A DNA stretch of 64,000 nucleotides from an uncultured Bacilli bacterium. GTDB lineage: Bacteria > Bacillota_I > Bacilli_A > RF39 > UBA660. Shown here piece after piece: positions 9,191 to 19,569 of the stretch (position 1 is the stretch's first letter; every line of letters starts with the position of its first letter). The notes below the pieces were generated by a model, which saw nothing but the letters and a program-made list of their open reading frames with translations, did not search any database and was not told the origin of the DNA. Position numbers and translations under genes: made by a program. The stretch lies in contig CAKOOO010000004.1 in NCBI GenBank assembly GCA_934098665.1, positions 22,031 through 86,030 of the forward strand, read 5' to 3'.

Positions 9191-9607
9191 ATGAACAAAA
9201 TTATAAAATTGCTTTATAGAGATTATGTAAAAGCATATAAGTATGGCGAAATTCCAGTTTCATGTGTTATTGTAAAAAATAATAAAATTATTGCACATTC
9301 GTATAATAAAAAAAATCAAAAAAAAATTGCTATACACCATGCGGAAATTGATGCAATAATTAAAGCTAGTAAAAAACTTAAAGATTGGAGATTAAATGAA
9401 TGCGAAATGTATATTACTCTTGAGCCATGCAATATGTGTAGAGAAGTAATAAAGCAGTCAAGAATAAAAAAAGTATTTTATTTTGTAAGTAGTAATTTTA
9501 ATAATGAAAATGGTACAAATACACAATATATAAAACTTGAAAATTTTCCACAATTAACTGAACACAATACAAATATTTTAAAACAGTTTTTTATTAATAA
9601 AAGATAG
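9191..9607 (+). CDS. tadA: tRNA-specific adenosine deaminase TadA
   Basis: CDA zinc motifs HAEIDAI and PCNMCREVI. RBS AGGAG at 9181-9185 precedes ATG 9191. The ORF-track start at 9098 would translate through the SRP RNA and its terminator. Confidence 0.88.
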   Translation: MNKIIKLLYRDYVKAYKYGEIPVSCVIVKNNKIIAHSYNKKNQKKIAIHHAEIDAIIKASKKLKDWRLNECEMYITLEPCNMCREVIKQSRIKKVFYFVSSNFNNENGTNTQYIKLENFPQLTEHNTNILKQFFINKR

Positions 9608-9650
9608 TATTATTATTAGAAAATTGGTATAATTATTTATGGAGGATAAT

Positions 9651-11192
9651 ATGAATTACAAAGTGTTGTATAGAAAATATAGACCACAAACATTTGATGA
9701 ATTAATCGGTCAAAAAACTGTTGTTGAACTTTTAAAAGATAGTATCATAAATAATAAAATATCTCATGCATACATTTTTTCAGGCCCTAGAGGGACAGGA
9801 AAAACAAGTACAGCAAAAATATTTGCAAAAACAATAAATTGTTTAAATATTGAAAATGGAAATCCATGTCTAAAATGTTATAACTGTTTAAATTTTTATA
9901 ATAGTAATGATATTTATGAAATAGATGCAGCTTCAAATACCGGTGTTGATCAAATTCGTGAAATAATTGATAATGTTAAATTAACTCCCATTAATTCTAA
10001 ATATAAAGTATATATAATTGATGAAGTACATATGCTAAGTGTTAGCGCATTTAATGCTCTATTATTAACTTTAGAGGAACCTCCATCACATGCTATATTT
10101 ATATTAGCTACAACGAATATTGAAGATGTACCAATAACTGTATTATCAAGATGTCAAAGATTAGATTTTAAAAAAATTAAATTAGCGGAAATTACTGAAC
10201 AATTAAAAAAAATAGCTTCCTTAGAAAAAATTTCTATTGATGATGATGCAATACTAGAAATTGCGTCCTATTCTGAAGGTGGAATGAGAGATGCATTAAG
10301 TATGCTTGACCAAATATCTAAAATTAATAAACATATAACGGTAGAGGATGTTTATAATAGTATAGGTTCTATTTCTGAACACACAATAGAAAAAATGATA
10401 GATGATCTTAATAATAATCAAATTGATAATGTTATAAAATTTATTGAAAATGCTAAAGAATGCGCTGTTGATTATAAAACTTTAATAAAAAAAATAATTA
10501 ATGTATTAAAAAAACGTGCTTTAGATACTAAACTTAATAATAGAATTGATAGATTATCATATGACGATTATAAAAATTTATGTTTTAGTTTATCAGATAC
10601 ATTATATAAAACTAATGTAAATGTTGATTTATTTGGATTACTAGAACTTAACATAATTGAATACATTAAAATTTCTAATGAAAATAAGAGTATTGATGAA
10701 CCTAAAAATAATAAAGAAAATAATAATTTAATTGTTGAAAACAAATTATCAAATAACTATTACAAAAATCTAGAGGAAGTGAGAATAAATAATTGTTTTG
10801 TAACAGCTTCCAAAGAAAATAAAAACAAATGTTTGCAAAAATGGAACGATTTTGTGGTAAATTGCACTAATAAAAAAATTAAAGGACTAATTCAAGATAC
10901 AAATTTAGTGTTGGCAAGTGAAAATTTATTTGTTATAAATGCAAATATTACTTCTATTTCTGCAGAAATTAATCAAAATATTAAATTATTAGAAAGTGAA
11001 TTCAATAATTTGAATTCTACAAATTATAATATTATTGCTACATCTAATGAAAATTGGAACAAACAGATGAATAAATATATTAAAAATATGCAAAATCATG
11101 TTAAATATAATATAATTTCAGAACCAGTAGAAGAGTATGCAAGTGCGGAAATATGTGATATATTTAATATTAGTAAAGTAGAAGAAAGGTAG
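9651..11192 (+). CDS. dnaX: DNA polymerase III subunit gamma/tau
   Basis: YRKYRPQTFDELIGQ, Walker A GPRGTGKTS, a zinc module C..C..C..C, Walker B IIDEVHML, and SRCQRLDF. The likely start is ATG 9651 after GGAGGA at 9641-9646, with ATG 9639 as an alternative. The C-terminal half is divergent. Confidence 0.92.
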   Translation: MNYKVLYRKYRPQTFDELIGQKTVVELLKDSIINNKISHAYIFSGPRGTGKTSTAKIFAKTINCLNIENGNPCLKCYNCLNFYNSNDIYEIDAASNTGVDQIREIIDNVKLTPINSKYKVYIIDEVHMLSVSAFNALLLTLEEPPSHAIFILATTNIEDVPITVLSRCQRLDFKKIKLAEITEQLKKIASLEKISIDDDAILEIASYSEGGMRDALSMLDQISKINKHITVEDVYNSIGSISEHTIEKMIDDLNNNQIDNVIKFIENAKECAVDYKTLIKKIINVLKKRALDTKLNNRIDRLSYDDYKNLCFSLSDTLYKTNVNVDLFGLLELNIIEYIKISNENKSIDEPKNNKENNNLIVENKLSNNYYKNLEEVRINNCFVTASKENKNKCLQKWNDFVVNCTNKKIKGLIQDTNLVLASENLFVINANITSISAEINQNIKLLESEFNNLNSTNYNIIATSNENWNKQMNKYIKNMQNHVKYNIISEPVEEYASAEICDIFNISKVEER

Positions 11193-11201
11193 GAAAAATA
11201 T

Positions 11202-11498
11202 ATGAATATGCAACAAATTATGGCGCAAGCTCAAAGAATGCAAAAAGATATTATGAGTAAGAAAGGTGAAATAGATTCTGCAGTTTTTACGGGAAAATCA
11301 GAATGGGTTGAGGTTACATTTAAAGGCACAAAAGAAATTATGAATGTAAAGATTTTAAATGACGCAGCATTTGATAAAGAAAACAATGATATTTTATGTG
11401 ACATGTTTGTACTTGCTGTAAAAGATGCTATTAATCAAATTGATAAAAAAACTGAAGAAAAATTAGGTAAGTATTCAAATATGGGCGGACTATTCTAA
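11202..11498 (+). CDS. ybaB: YbaB/EbfC family nucleoid-associated protein
   Basis: 98 aa with MNMQQIMAQAQRMQKDI at the N-terminus. Conserved dnaX-ybaB-recR position. Confidence 0.88.
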   Translation: MNMQQIMAQAQRMQKDIMSKKGEIDSAVFTGKSEWVEVTFKGTKEIMNVKILNDAAFDKENNDILCDMFVLAVKDAINQIDKKTEEKLGKYSNMGGLF

Positions 11499-11499
11499 T

Positions 11500-12096
11500 A
11501 TGTATCCTGATATTTTAGAAAAATTGGTATCACATTTTAAAAAGTTCCCCACAATAGGCGAAAAAAGTGCTGAAAGATTAGCTTTAGCAACTATAGAAAT
11601 GAGTGAAGAAGAAGTAGCGGATTTTAGTGAATGCTTACTAAAATCAAAAAAAACGCTTCATCCATGTAAACAATGTGGTAGTTTAACTGATAGTGATATA
11701 TGTTATGTTTGTAATGATGAAAAAAGAAATCATAATCTTATATGCGTGGTTGAAGATTATAAAAGCTTACTTTCTTTTGAAAAAGCAGGTAATTATAAGG
11801 GTGTATATCATGTATTAAATGGATTAATTTCACCAATAGATAATATTACACCACAAGATATAAATTTATCATCCTTGGTTAAAAGAGTTGAAAAACTAGA
11901 TAATCCAGAACTTATTTTAGCATTAAAATCATCAATTGAAGGAGAAACAACAACACTTTATATAAAAAAAATATTTGAAAACAAAAATGTTATAATATCA
12001 AGACTATCTTATGGTATACCAATTGGAGCAGAAATTGATTATTTAGATGTCCTAACTCTTGACAAGGCATTAAGTGATAGAAAAAAAATATCATAA
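11500..12096 (+). CDS. recR: Recombination protein RecR
   Basis: HhH region LVSHFKKFPTIGEKSAERLA, zinc finger CKQCGSLTDSDICYVC, and Toprim ICVVED. Confidence 0.95.
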   Translation: MYPDILEKLVSHFKKFPTIGEKSAERLALATIEMSEEEVADFSECLLKSKKTLHPCKQCGSLTDSDICYVCNDEKRNHNLICVVEDYKSLLSFEKAGNYKGVYHVLNGLISPIDNITPQDINLSSLVKRVEKLDNPELILALKSSIEGETTTLYIKKIFENKNVIISRLSYGIPIGAEIDYLDVLTLDKALSDRKKIS

Positions 12097-12124
12097 TATT
12101 TTTTCTTTAACATAAATTTTAGTA

Positions 12125-12319
12125 ATGAAAAATATGTTAAAGAAATTATTTTATATTATTAAAAAAATTGTAGTTTCAATTTGTATATTATATGGGTTAA
12201 ACCTGATTATATCTGCAGTAAACGTTATAATTCCAATAAATATCACAACAATTTTAACAACAACTGTATTAGGTATTCCAGGATTATTTTCAATAATAAT
12301 ATTATATCTAATCATATAG
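12125..12319 (+). CDS. bofA: BofA-like pro-sigma-K processing inhibitor (small membrane protein)
   Basis: 64 aa with two TM segments. The C-terminal IPINITTILTTTVLGIPGLFSIIIL resembles B. subtilis BofA ..IPINIITAAISGFLGIPG... Same position after recR as in Bacillus. Confidence 0.65.
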   Translation: MKNMLKKLFYIIKKIVVSICILYGLNLIISAVNVIIPINITTILTTTVLGIPGLFSIIILYLII

Positions 12320-12337
12320 TAAATAAAAGGAGAAGTA

Positions 12338-13138
12338 ATGGAAATTAATAAGTCTTTAACAAAGTTATTAGAATTATATAATGAGAATAAAATTGCTCAT
12401 GCTTATTTGCTTGAAACAAATGATGTCATAAAATGTTTAAATGAAGTTAAGGAAATGTTAAAAATTATTTTTAAAGATATTGAAAATATAAATGAACTTA
12501 TTGATAAAGAATATTTACCAAGTTTAAAAATTATTAATACCTTAGAAAAAAATATAAAAAAAGAGGACATTGATTTAATTCAAAAGTCTTTTGCTTTATC
12601 ATCACAGTATACTTCATTAAACGTTTATATTATTGTAAATCCTGAAAAAATGAATAGTTCAGCATATAATAAGTTGTTAAAATTTTTAGAAGAACCTGAA
12701 GAAAATATAATTGGCTTTTTTATTACAAATGCAAAAGAAAACATAGCAAGTACTATTATTAGTCGATGTGAAATTATAAAAGTTATTTATGCTAATTTAG
12801 AAGAAAATAGTAATTTAAATATTGACAAGGAAAGATATAGTAAAATTTATGAAGATGCCAAAGAATATATAAATAAAATTGAACTAGAAAAAGAAAACAT
12901 TATCTTGTATAATAATAGTGTGATATTGAAGAAATATGCAAACAGAAATGATCTTACAGATTTAATAAAAGTTATGTATAAAATATATTTTGATGCATTT
13001 CATAGCAAAAATAAATACCATAACAATTATAAAAAATTAAAGATTATTTCAACATATTTATATAAGTGTCAGTACAATGTTAATTTAAATTTATTTTTAG
13101 ATTCATTGACATTTGAGATTGGAGAATTAAATGATTAG
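12338..13138 (+). CDS. holB: DNA polymerase III delta-prime subunit
   Basis: AHAYLLE at the degenerate P-loop position, LLKFLEEPEEN, and SRCEIIK. Precedes ricT as in Bacillus. Confidence 0.75.
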   Translation: MEINKSLTKLLELYNENKIAHAYLLETNDVIKCLNEVKEMLKIIFKDIENINELIDKEYLPSLKIINTLEKNIKKEDIDLIQKSFALSSQYTSLNVYIIVNPEKMNSSAYNKLLKFLEEPEENIIGFFITNAKENIASTIISRCEIIKVIYANLEENSNLNIDKERYSKIYEDAKEYINKIELEKENIILYNNSVILKKYANRNDLTDLIKVMYKIYFDAFHSKNKYHNNYKKLKIISTYLYKCQYNVNLNLFLDSLTFEIGELND

Positions 13139-13916
13139 TTATGCGGTTTGTTATAAAGGTAATAGCAAATGTTATTATTTTCAAAGTGAAGAAAAATATA
13201 ATATAAATGATGAGGTTATTGTTGATACTGATAAAGGTTATCAATATGCAAAGGTAGTTAAAATTGTTGAACCATTAAAAAATAACGAATATAAAAATAT
13301 TATTAGAAAAGCTACTGAAGCTGATCAAAATATTTTTTATAGTAATTTGAAAGATGCTGAAATTGCATTAAAAAAAGCAAAAGAAATTGTTAATACTTTA
13401 AATTTAAAAATGTATTTGATAAATTCGCAATATAATTTAGACAGGACTCAACTTTTGTTTAATTTTTATGCAGATGAAAGAATAGATTTTCGTGAGCTTG
13501 CAAAAAAACTTGCAGGAATATATCGTACTAGAATTGAACTTCGTCAAGTTGGTGCAAGAGATAAAGCTAAACAAATATCAGGCATAGGGGTATGTGGCTG
13601 CAAACTTTGTTGTTCTAATTTTTTAAATCAATTTGATTCAATTACAATGAATATGGCAAAAGATCAAAACATTGCCTTAAATCCAAATAAAATTAATGGA
13701 TGTTGTGGACGATTACTTTGCTGTTTAAGTTATGAAGACGAGGAATATATTCGTTGTGGAAAAGATTTATTGTCTGTTGGAACAATAATAAAATATAAAG
13801 GTAAAGATGCAACAATTATTGGTGTAGATATACTTAATAAAAAATATAAAATTGTATGTGGGGAAGAAAAATTATTAATTGATGTGGAGTTAAATCAAAA
13901 TGATAGTGAAAAATGA
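13131..13916 (+). CDS. ricT: PSP1-domain protein RicT (YaaT), stage 0 sporulation/RNase Y regulator component
   Basis: PSP1 C-terminal block FRELAKKLAGIYRTRIELRQVGARD and Cys clusters CGCKLCC, CCGRLLCCLSYE. Overlaps holB by 8 nt. Confidence 0.88.
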   Translation: MISYAVCYKGNSKCYYFQSEEKYNINDEVIVDTDKGYQYAKVVKIVEPLKNNEYKNIIRKATEADQNIFYSNLKDAEIALKKAKEIVNTLNLKMYLINSQYNLDRTQLLFNFYADERIDFRELAKKLAGIYRTRIELRQVGARDKAKQISGIGVCGCKLCCSNFLNQFDSITMNMAKDQNIALNPNKINGCCGRLLCCLSYEDEEYIRCGKDLLSVGTIIKYKGKDATIIGVDILNKKYKIVCGEEKLLIDVELNQNDSEK

Positions 13917-14601
13917 TTTATTCGATTATGAAAATAAATATATATTTCAAGATACTGAATATTTTAAATTTTCTTTAGATTCTGTCTTACTTGCGGAGTA
14001 TGCTAAAAAGGATTTGGTTAACGGTCCAATTTTAGAAATGTGTGCTGGTAATAGTGTTATTTCAATGATATTAACTATATATACAAATAATGAGATAGTA
14101 AACTTTGAAATACAAGAAAAAATACATGATTTAGCAAAATTATCTATAAATGAAAATAATTTAAAAAATAAAATTACATTGATAAATGATGACATTAAAA
14201 ATATTGGTAATTATTATAAAAAAAATTATTTTAAAAATATAATTTGTAATCCACCTTATTTTGAATATAATGGCCAAATGGGTAATCTTACTTATGAAAA
14301 GCGTATAGCTAGACATGAAGTTGCAATAACTTTAGAGGAAATTTTCAAAATTTCAAAAGATTATCTTGAAAATAATGGACATTTGTATATTATAAATAGA
14401 TCACAACGACTGGATGAATTATTTGTTTTGGCAAATAAATATAATATTAATGTAAAAGAAGTTCAATTTGTCAAAACAAAAGAAACTGAAAAGCCTAGTT
14501 TAGTTATAATAAAATGTATTAAAAATAGTAAAAAACATGTAATAATAAATGATATAATTTGTATAAATAATATGAAGTCTTATAAAAATATTTTTAAGTA
14601 G
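13900..14601 (+). CDS. SAM-dependent N6-adenine methyltransferase, TrmN6/YabB-like
   Basis: SAM-binding ILEMCAGNSVISMIL and catalytic NPPY (IICNPPYFEY). Same position after yaaT as B. subtilis yabB. Confidence 0.65.
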   Translation: MIVKNDLFDYENKYIFQDTEYFKFSLDSVLLAEYAKKDLVNGPILEMCAGNSVISMILTIYTNNEIVNFEIQEKIHDLAKLSINENNLKNKITLINDDIKNIGNYYKKNYFKNIICNPPYFEYNGQMGNLTYEKRIARHEVAITLEEIFKISKDYLENNGHLYIINRSQRLDELFVLANKYNINVKEVQFVKTKETEKPSLVIIKCIKNSKKHVIINDIICINNMKSYKNIFK

Positions 14602-14619
14602 TAAAAGAAAGGAAAAAAT

Positions 14620-15168
14620 ATGAAGTTAATAGTTGGATTAGGTAATCCTGGCAAAGAATATGAAAATACCCGTCACAATGTTGGTTTTATTATTCTAAAT
14701 TCAATATTAAAAAATGAAAAATGGTTAAAAAAAGATAATTATGAATATATTGAAAAAAATTATAATAACGAAAAAGTACTTTTTGTCAAACCACTTACTT
14801 TTATGAATTTATCTGGGCTAGCTGTTCAAAAAATAGTACATTTTTATAAAATTCAAACAGAAGATATTTTAATAATTCATGATGATTTAGATATAAAATC
14901 TAAAACAGTAAAATTTAAATTTAACTCTTCCTCCGGAGGTCATAATGGTATAAAATCAATAATATTCTCTTTAAACAGCCAAAACTTTGGTCAATTAAAA
15001 ATAGGCATTGGCTCAACAAATAATAATATAAAAGATTTTGTTTTGGGTAAACTATCAAAAGAAGAATTAAATTTTTTACAAAGTGATGTTTTTGGTGAAA
15101 TGATTAATTATTATATAGAAAATGGCATTGAAAAAACAATGAATAAATATAATTGTAAAGGTGATTAA
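14620..15168 (+). CDS. pth: Peptidyl-tRNA hydrolase
   Basis: KLIVGLGNPGKEYENTRHNVGF, IIHDDLD, and GGHNGIKSI. Confidence 0.95.
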   Translation: MKLIVGLGNPGKEYENTRHNVGFIILNSILKNEKWLKKDNYEYIEKNYNNEKVLFVKPLTFMNLSGLAVQKIVHFYKIQTEDILIIHDDLDIKSKTVKFKFNSSSGGHNGIKSIIFSLNSQNFGQLKIGIGSTNNNIKDFVLGKLSKEELNFLQSDVFGEMINYYIENGIEKTMNKYNCKGD

Positions 15169-18100
15169 ATGGACTTTTTAGATAATTATTTTACATATAA
15201 AAATAATGTTACAATATGTGGTTTAACTTCCGAGTTAAATGTTTTTTATGTGTTAAATTTATTTAAAAAATCTAATAGAAATATAATTGTTTTAACAAGC
15301 AATATTTATGAAGCTAATAAATATTATAATCTTTTTCAAACTTATACAAATAATGTACTACTTTTTTTAAAAGACGATTTTATACATTCAATGGTTGCAT
15401 CATCTCCTGAATTAAAACTAACAAGATTAAATACACTTGATAAATTAAGTGTTAGCAAAAACATTATAATATGTAATTTATCAGCTTATTTAATGTTTTT
15501 ACCAAATAAAAATGATGCTATTAATCAAAAATATAAAATTTCTATAGGTGATGTAATAAACAGAAACGAATTTATAGAAAAATTATATTACTTTGGTTAT
15601 GTAAAAGATTCTATAACTATGAGTACAGGAGATTTTTCTGTAAGAGGCATGATAATTGATATATTTTTAATAAATGAAAAACATCCCATTAGAATAGAAC
15701 TTGATGATGATAAAATAATTAGTATTCGATATTTTAATGAAGATACTCAAAGAACAATAGAAAATATTGAAAATATTATAATTAAGCCAATTACTGAACT
15801 TAAAACAAAAACATATTCATCTTTTTATGATTATACAGATAATGCAGCACTTATAAAAATAAATAGTAATCAAATTGAAGTATCATATAAAAAATTAATG
15901 TTAGATATTTTAAATTATTCAAAAGAAAATAATATAGAAGAAAAATTAATGTTTGAATATGATGAAATTAATCCAGAATATCAGATATCATTAAATTCTT
16001 TAAAAGAAAATATAGATGATATAGAAATTAATACAAAATCATTAGATAATTTTAATAACGACTTTGAACTTTTAAAAACAAGAGTAAATTCTTGGTTAAA
16101 TGAAAATAAAACAGTCATTTTTTGTCTTTCTAATGATCGAGAAATAAAGAAAATTAATAAGTTAATTTCAAATGTAAAAATAATTAAACAAAAAATTAAC
16201 AATGGTTTTATAATTAATAATTTAATTGTAATCGGAGAATTTGATATAGATAATGTAAAAAGAGACTATAAGTATCAAAATAATTTATATGGTGGTAAAA
16301 AGATAACTGATTATAATGAATTAAATAAAGGAGATTATGTTGTTCATATAAATCATGGTATAGGTATATATAATGGCATTGTTAGTTTAACAAGTAATAA
16401 TATTACAAAAGATTATATTCAAATACTATATTTAGGTAATGATAAAATTTATGTTCCTGTTCAAAAAATAGAAAAAATATATAAGTACTCTGATAAAGAT
16501 GGAATTGCTCCGAAATTAAATAAATTAAATTCTTCATCTTGGTTAAAAACAAGAAAATATGTTGAATCAAAAATTAAAGATATAACTCAAGAATTAATGG
16601 ATTTATATCAAAAAAGAATATCAATTAAAATTAATCCATATAAAACATATGAGGAAGAAGAAATATTTGATAAAGAATTTATTTATAATTTAACAATGGA
16701 TCAAAAAAGAGCAATTAATGATATTAATGATGATTTAACTTCAGGCGTTCCTATGGACAGACTTTTATGTGGCGATGTCGGCTTTGGTAAAACTGAAGTT
16801 GCATTAAGAGCTATGTTTAAGGCAGTTTTAAATAATTATCAAGTAATTTATTTATGCCCAACAACTATTTTATCTAAGCAGCAGTATAATGTTGCATTAA
16901 AAAGATTTAATTCTTGGCCAATTACAATTAAACTTTATAATAGGTTTACCACTAAAAAAGAGGAAACTCAAATTTTACAAGGTGCTGAAAAAGGGACTAT
17001 TGATATAATTTTTGGTACGCACAAATTATTAAATGAAAAACTAAAAATGAAAAAATTAGGTTTGCTCATTATTGATGAAGAGCAAAGGTTTGGTGTAAAA
17101 CATAAAGAAAAAATTAAAGAGTTAAAAAATGATATTAATGTATTGACATTATCCGCTACACCAATACCAAGGACATTAAAAATGGCTTTATCTGGGCTAC
17201 GTAATTTATCAATCATCGAAACTGCTCCAAGTAATAGATATCCTGTGCAAACATATGTTGCGTCCGAAGATGAGTTACTTGTAAAAGATGCAATTTATAA
17301 AGAAATAAGTAGAGATGGTCAGATATTTATTTTGTATAATAATATTGCAAACCTTGAGCAAAAAGTATATGAAATAAACAAATTAGTACCTGAGGCAAAG
17401 TGTAGATTTGCACATGGTCAAATGGATAAAGACGACCTTGATGATATTATGGAAGATTTTACTTTACATAAATTTGATGTTCTTATTTGTACAACTATTA
17501 TTGAAAATGGAATTGATATAGCTAATGCAAATACATTAATTGTATACGATGCCGATAGATTTGGTTTATCCCAACTATATCAAATTCGAGGAAGAGTTGG
17601 TAGAAGCGATAAAATTGCTTATGCCTATTTACTATATAATAAAAATAAAATGCTTAATGATATAGCAATTAAGCGCCTTCAAGCAATTAAAGAGTTTACT
17701 GCATTAGGAAGTGGTTACAAAATTGCTATGCGTGATTTATCTATTAGAGGTTCTGGAGATATATTTGGTTCATCACAAGCTGGTTTTGTAGATACGGTTG
17801 GAGTGTCATTATATACTAAAATGATTGAAGATGAGTTAAAAAAAATTAATGGTATAAAGGTTGAGGAAGATGATGACGAACAAACACTTATTAATATAGA
17901 TACTCATATAGATGATAATTACGTAAGTGATGAAAATATTAAAATTGAAATACATCAAATGATAAATGAAATAGATTCTTATGATAAATTAATAGAAATT
18001 AAATCAAAAATAATTGATAGATTTGGTAAAATAGATGATAAAATAGAAAACTATATGTATGAAGAATGGTTTGAAAAACTAGCACAAAAATTAAATATCA

Positions 18101-18318
18101 CAAGAGTAAGACAAAATGATAGATTTATAGAATTAGAATTACCAAAACAGCTTTCTAGTGAGGTTAAAGGTGATAAATTATTAATTAACGCACTTAGCAT
18201 AAATAAAAACTTCAATTTTTCATATCGTCATGACTGTATTATCATTTCATTACAGTTAAAAGGTTTAGAGGATCATTTTATTAAATATATTGTAAAACTA
18301 TTAAATACTTTAGTATAA
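15169..18318 (+). CDS. mfd: Transcription-repair coupling factor Mfd
   Basis: CarD/RID-like block GDYVVHINHGIGIY, SF2 helicase motifs GDVGFGKTEVA, DEEQRFGV, LSATPIPRT, QLYQIRGRVGRS, and the TRG motif region. Follows pth as in Bacillus. Confidence 0.95.
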   Translation: MDFLDNYFTYKNNVTICGLTSELNVFYVLNLFKKSNRNIIVLTSNIYEANKYYNLFQTYTNNVLLFLKDDFIHSMVASSPELKLTRLNTLDKLSVSKNIIICNLSAYLMFLPNKNDAINQKYKISIGDVINRNEFIEKLYYFGYVKDSITMSTGDFSVRGMIIDIFLINEKHPIRIELDDDKIISIRYFNEDTQRTIENIENIIIKPITELKTKTYSSFYDYTDNAALIKINSNQIEVSYKKLMLDILNYSKENNIEEKLMFEYDEINPEYQISLNSLKENIDDIEINTKSLDNFNNDFELLKTRVNSWLNENKTVIFCLSNDREIKKINKLISNVKIIKQKINNGFIINNLIVIGEFDIDNVKRDYKYQNNLYGGKKITDYNELNKGDYVVHINHGIGIYNGIVSLTSNNITKDYIQILYLGNDKIYVPVQKIEKIYKYSDKDGIAPKLNKLNSSSWLKTRKYVESKIKDITQELMDLYQKRISIKINPYKTYEEEEIFDKEFIYNLTMDQKRAINDINDDLTSGVPMDRLLCGDVGFGKTEVALRAMFKAVLNNYQVIYLCPTTILSKQQYNVALKRFNSWPITIKLYNRFTTKKEETQILQGAEKGTIDIIFGTHKLLNEKLKMKKLGLLIIDEEQRFGVKHKEKIKELKNDINVLTLSATPIPRTLKMALSGLRNLSIIETAPSNRYPVQTYVASEDELLVKDAIYKEISRDGQIFILYNNIANLEQKVYEINKLVPEAKCRFAHGQMDKDDLDDIMEDFTLHKFDVLICTTIIENGIDIANANTLIVYDADRFGLSQLYQIRGRVGRSDKIAYAYLLYNKNKMLNDIAIKRLQAIKEFTALGSGYKIAMRDLSIRGSGDIFGSSQAGFVDTVGVSLYTKMIEDELKKINGIKVEEDDDEQTLINIDTHIDDNYVSDENIKIEIHQMINEIDSYDKLIEIKSKIIDRFGKIDDKIENYMYEEWFEKLAQKLNITRVRQNDRFIELELPKQLSSEVKGDKLLINALSINKNFNFSYRHDCIIISLQLKGLEDHFIKYIVKLLNTLV

Positions 18319-18358
18319 ACATAATAAAATAATACACACTATAATTGAGGTGTGTTTT

Positions 18359-18847
18359 TTGAAAAGTACAGGAATTGTTAGAAAAATTGATGAATTAGGT
18401 AGAATAGTAATTCCTAAAGAAATAAGAAATGTGTTAAATATACAATGTAATGATGATATAGAAATTTATGTTGATAATTATAATATAATATTAAAAAAAT
18501 ATGAAAAGTCGGGTAATTTAATAAATTATATAAACAAAATAGTAACATTTTTTAATGATTATTCTGATATAAAAATGTATGTAACAAATAAAGAAAAAAT
18601 AATTTCTCAAGGAGACTTATTAAATGTAAAATTAAATGCTAAATTAAAGGAATTAGTTGAAGAAAGAAAAAAATATGAAAGTGATAATTTAGATTTAATT
18701 TTAAACATTAATGGGTATTTTAATATTTTTCCCATAATAATTGATAGCGATATTATAGGTTTATTAGTATTTGTAAAAGATGATAATTTTACGAAATCAG
18801 AACAAAATTTATGCAATATTATTTTAAAAATTGTTGAAAACAAATAA
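18359..18847 (+). CDS. spoVT: Stage V sporulation regulator SpoVT (AbrB/SpoVT swapped-hairpin plus GAF-like domain)
   Basis: KSTGIVRKIDELGRIVIPKEIRNVL matches B. subtilis MKATGIVRRIDDLGRVVIPKEIRR. The likely start is TTG 18359, six nt after GAGGTG (18347-18352), rather than GTG 18350. Follows mfd as in Bacillus. Confidence 0.85.
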   Translation: MKSTGIVRKIDELGRIVIPKEIRNVLNIQCNDDIEIYVDNYNIILKKYEKSGNLINYINKIVTFFNDYSDIKMYVTNKEKIISQGDLLNVKLNAKLKELVEERKKYESDNLDLILNINGYFNIFPIIIDSDIIGLLVFVKDDNFTKSEQNLCNIILKIVENK

Positions 18848-18868
18848 TAAATATGTTAAGATGAATTT

Positions 18869-19066
18869 GTTAATGTTGAAAAGGGAAGATTTATAGAATA
18901 ATTTTTTGTAGAGAGTTTTTCATAGGTGAAAGAAAAATATTAATTATCTATATTGTGAGCCTTTGAGTTAACGGGTAATTCCCTTATAATTAAAAGTGCA
19001 TGATAATCATGAATTAAGGTGGTACCGCGGATATTTATTCGTCCTTTAGTTCATGATTTTTTGTTT
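18869..19066 (+). promoter_or_regulatory. T-box riboswitch leader upstream of dut-metG
   Basis: T-box sequence AATTAAGGTGGTACCGCG at 19012-19029, AGAGAG box at 18910-18915, and distal-loop GGTGAAAG at 18925-18932. The Stem I base pairs GTTAA (18869-18873) with TTAAC (18968-18972), with GA-motif-like bulges. The terminator stem pairs AATCATGAA (19005-19013) with TTCATGATT (19050-19058), followed by a T-run. Confidence 0.85.
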
Positions 19067-19087
19067 TAAAAAAAGAAGGAGTAGGAA

Positions 19088-19561
19088 ATGGAAAGAGGAT
19101 TTGAAAAAATAAGTTATGAAGAATTTCAAAAGTTAGAAAATGCAAGTAAAGAGTTATACGATAGTATAGTTTTACCTGAAAGAAAAACAAGTAAAAGTGC
19201 TGGATATGATTTTATAGCATTTTCTGATATTGTTATTAAACCTGGAGAAATAAAAAAAATACCTACAGGCTATAAAGTTAAACTTCAGGATGACGAAGTA
19301 TTATTAATTGTGGTAAGAAGTTCAATGGGATTTAAGTATAATATTAGATTATGTAATCAAGTTGGCGTAATTGATGCTGATTATTACAATAATAGTTCTA
19401 ATGAAGGTCATATGTTTGTAGCACTTCAAAATGAAGGTAATAAAGATTTTATTATTAATAAAGGTGATGCCTATGCTCAAGGAATTATAATTAAATATCT
19501 AACTTGTGGTGAAGAAAATAATCATAAGCGTACTGGTGGCATTGGAAGTACTAATAAATAG
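19088..19561 (+). CDS. dut: dUTP diphosphatase (trimeric dUTPase, YncF/YosS-like)
   Basis: Motifs SAGYDF, RSSMG, GVIDADYY, and C-terminal RTGGIGSTN. Confidence 0.85.
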   Translation: MERGFEKISYEEFQKLENASKELYDSIVLPERKTSKSAGYDFIAFSDIVIKPGEIKKIPTGYKVKLQDDEVLLIVVRSSMGFKYNIRLCNQVGVIDADYYNNSSNEGHMFVALQNEGNKDFIINKGDAYAQGIIIKYLTCGEENNHKRTGGIGSTNK

Positions 19562-19569
19562 GAGGGACA

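Noticed and set aside
18953-18959. UGA in the central position of the T-box specifier loop, hinting at UGA=Trp (Mollicutes-type code).
   Set aside because: TGA clearly functions as a stop codon in this window. For example, yabG ends ..CCT AGA TGA at 27477-27479 at the length expected from homologues, and Trp is encoded by TGG throughout.
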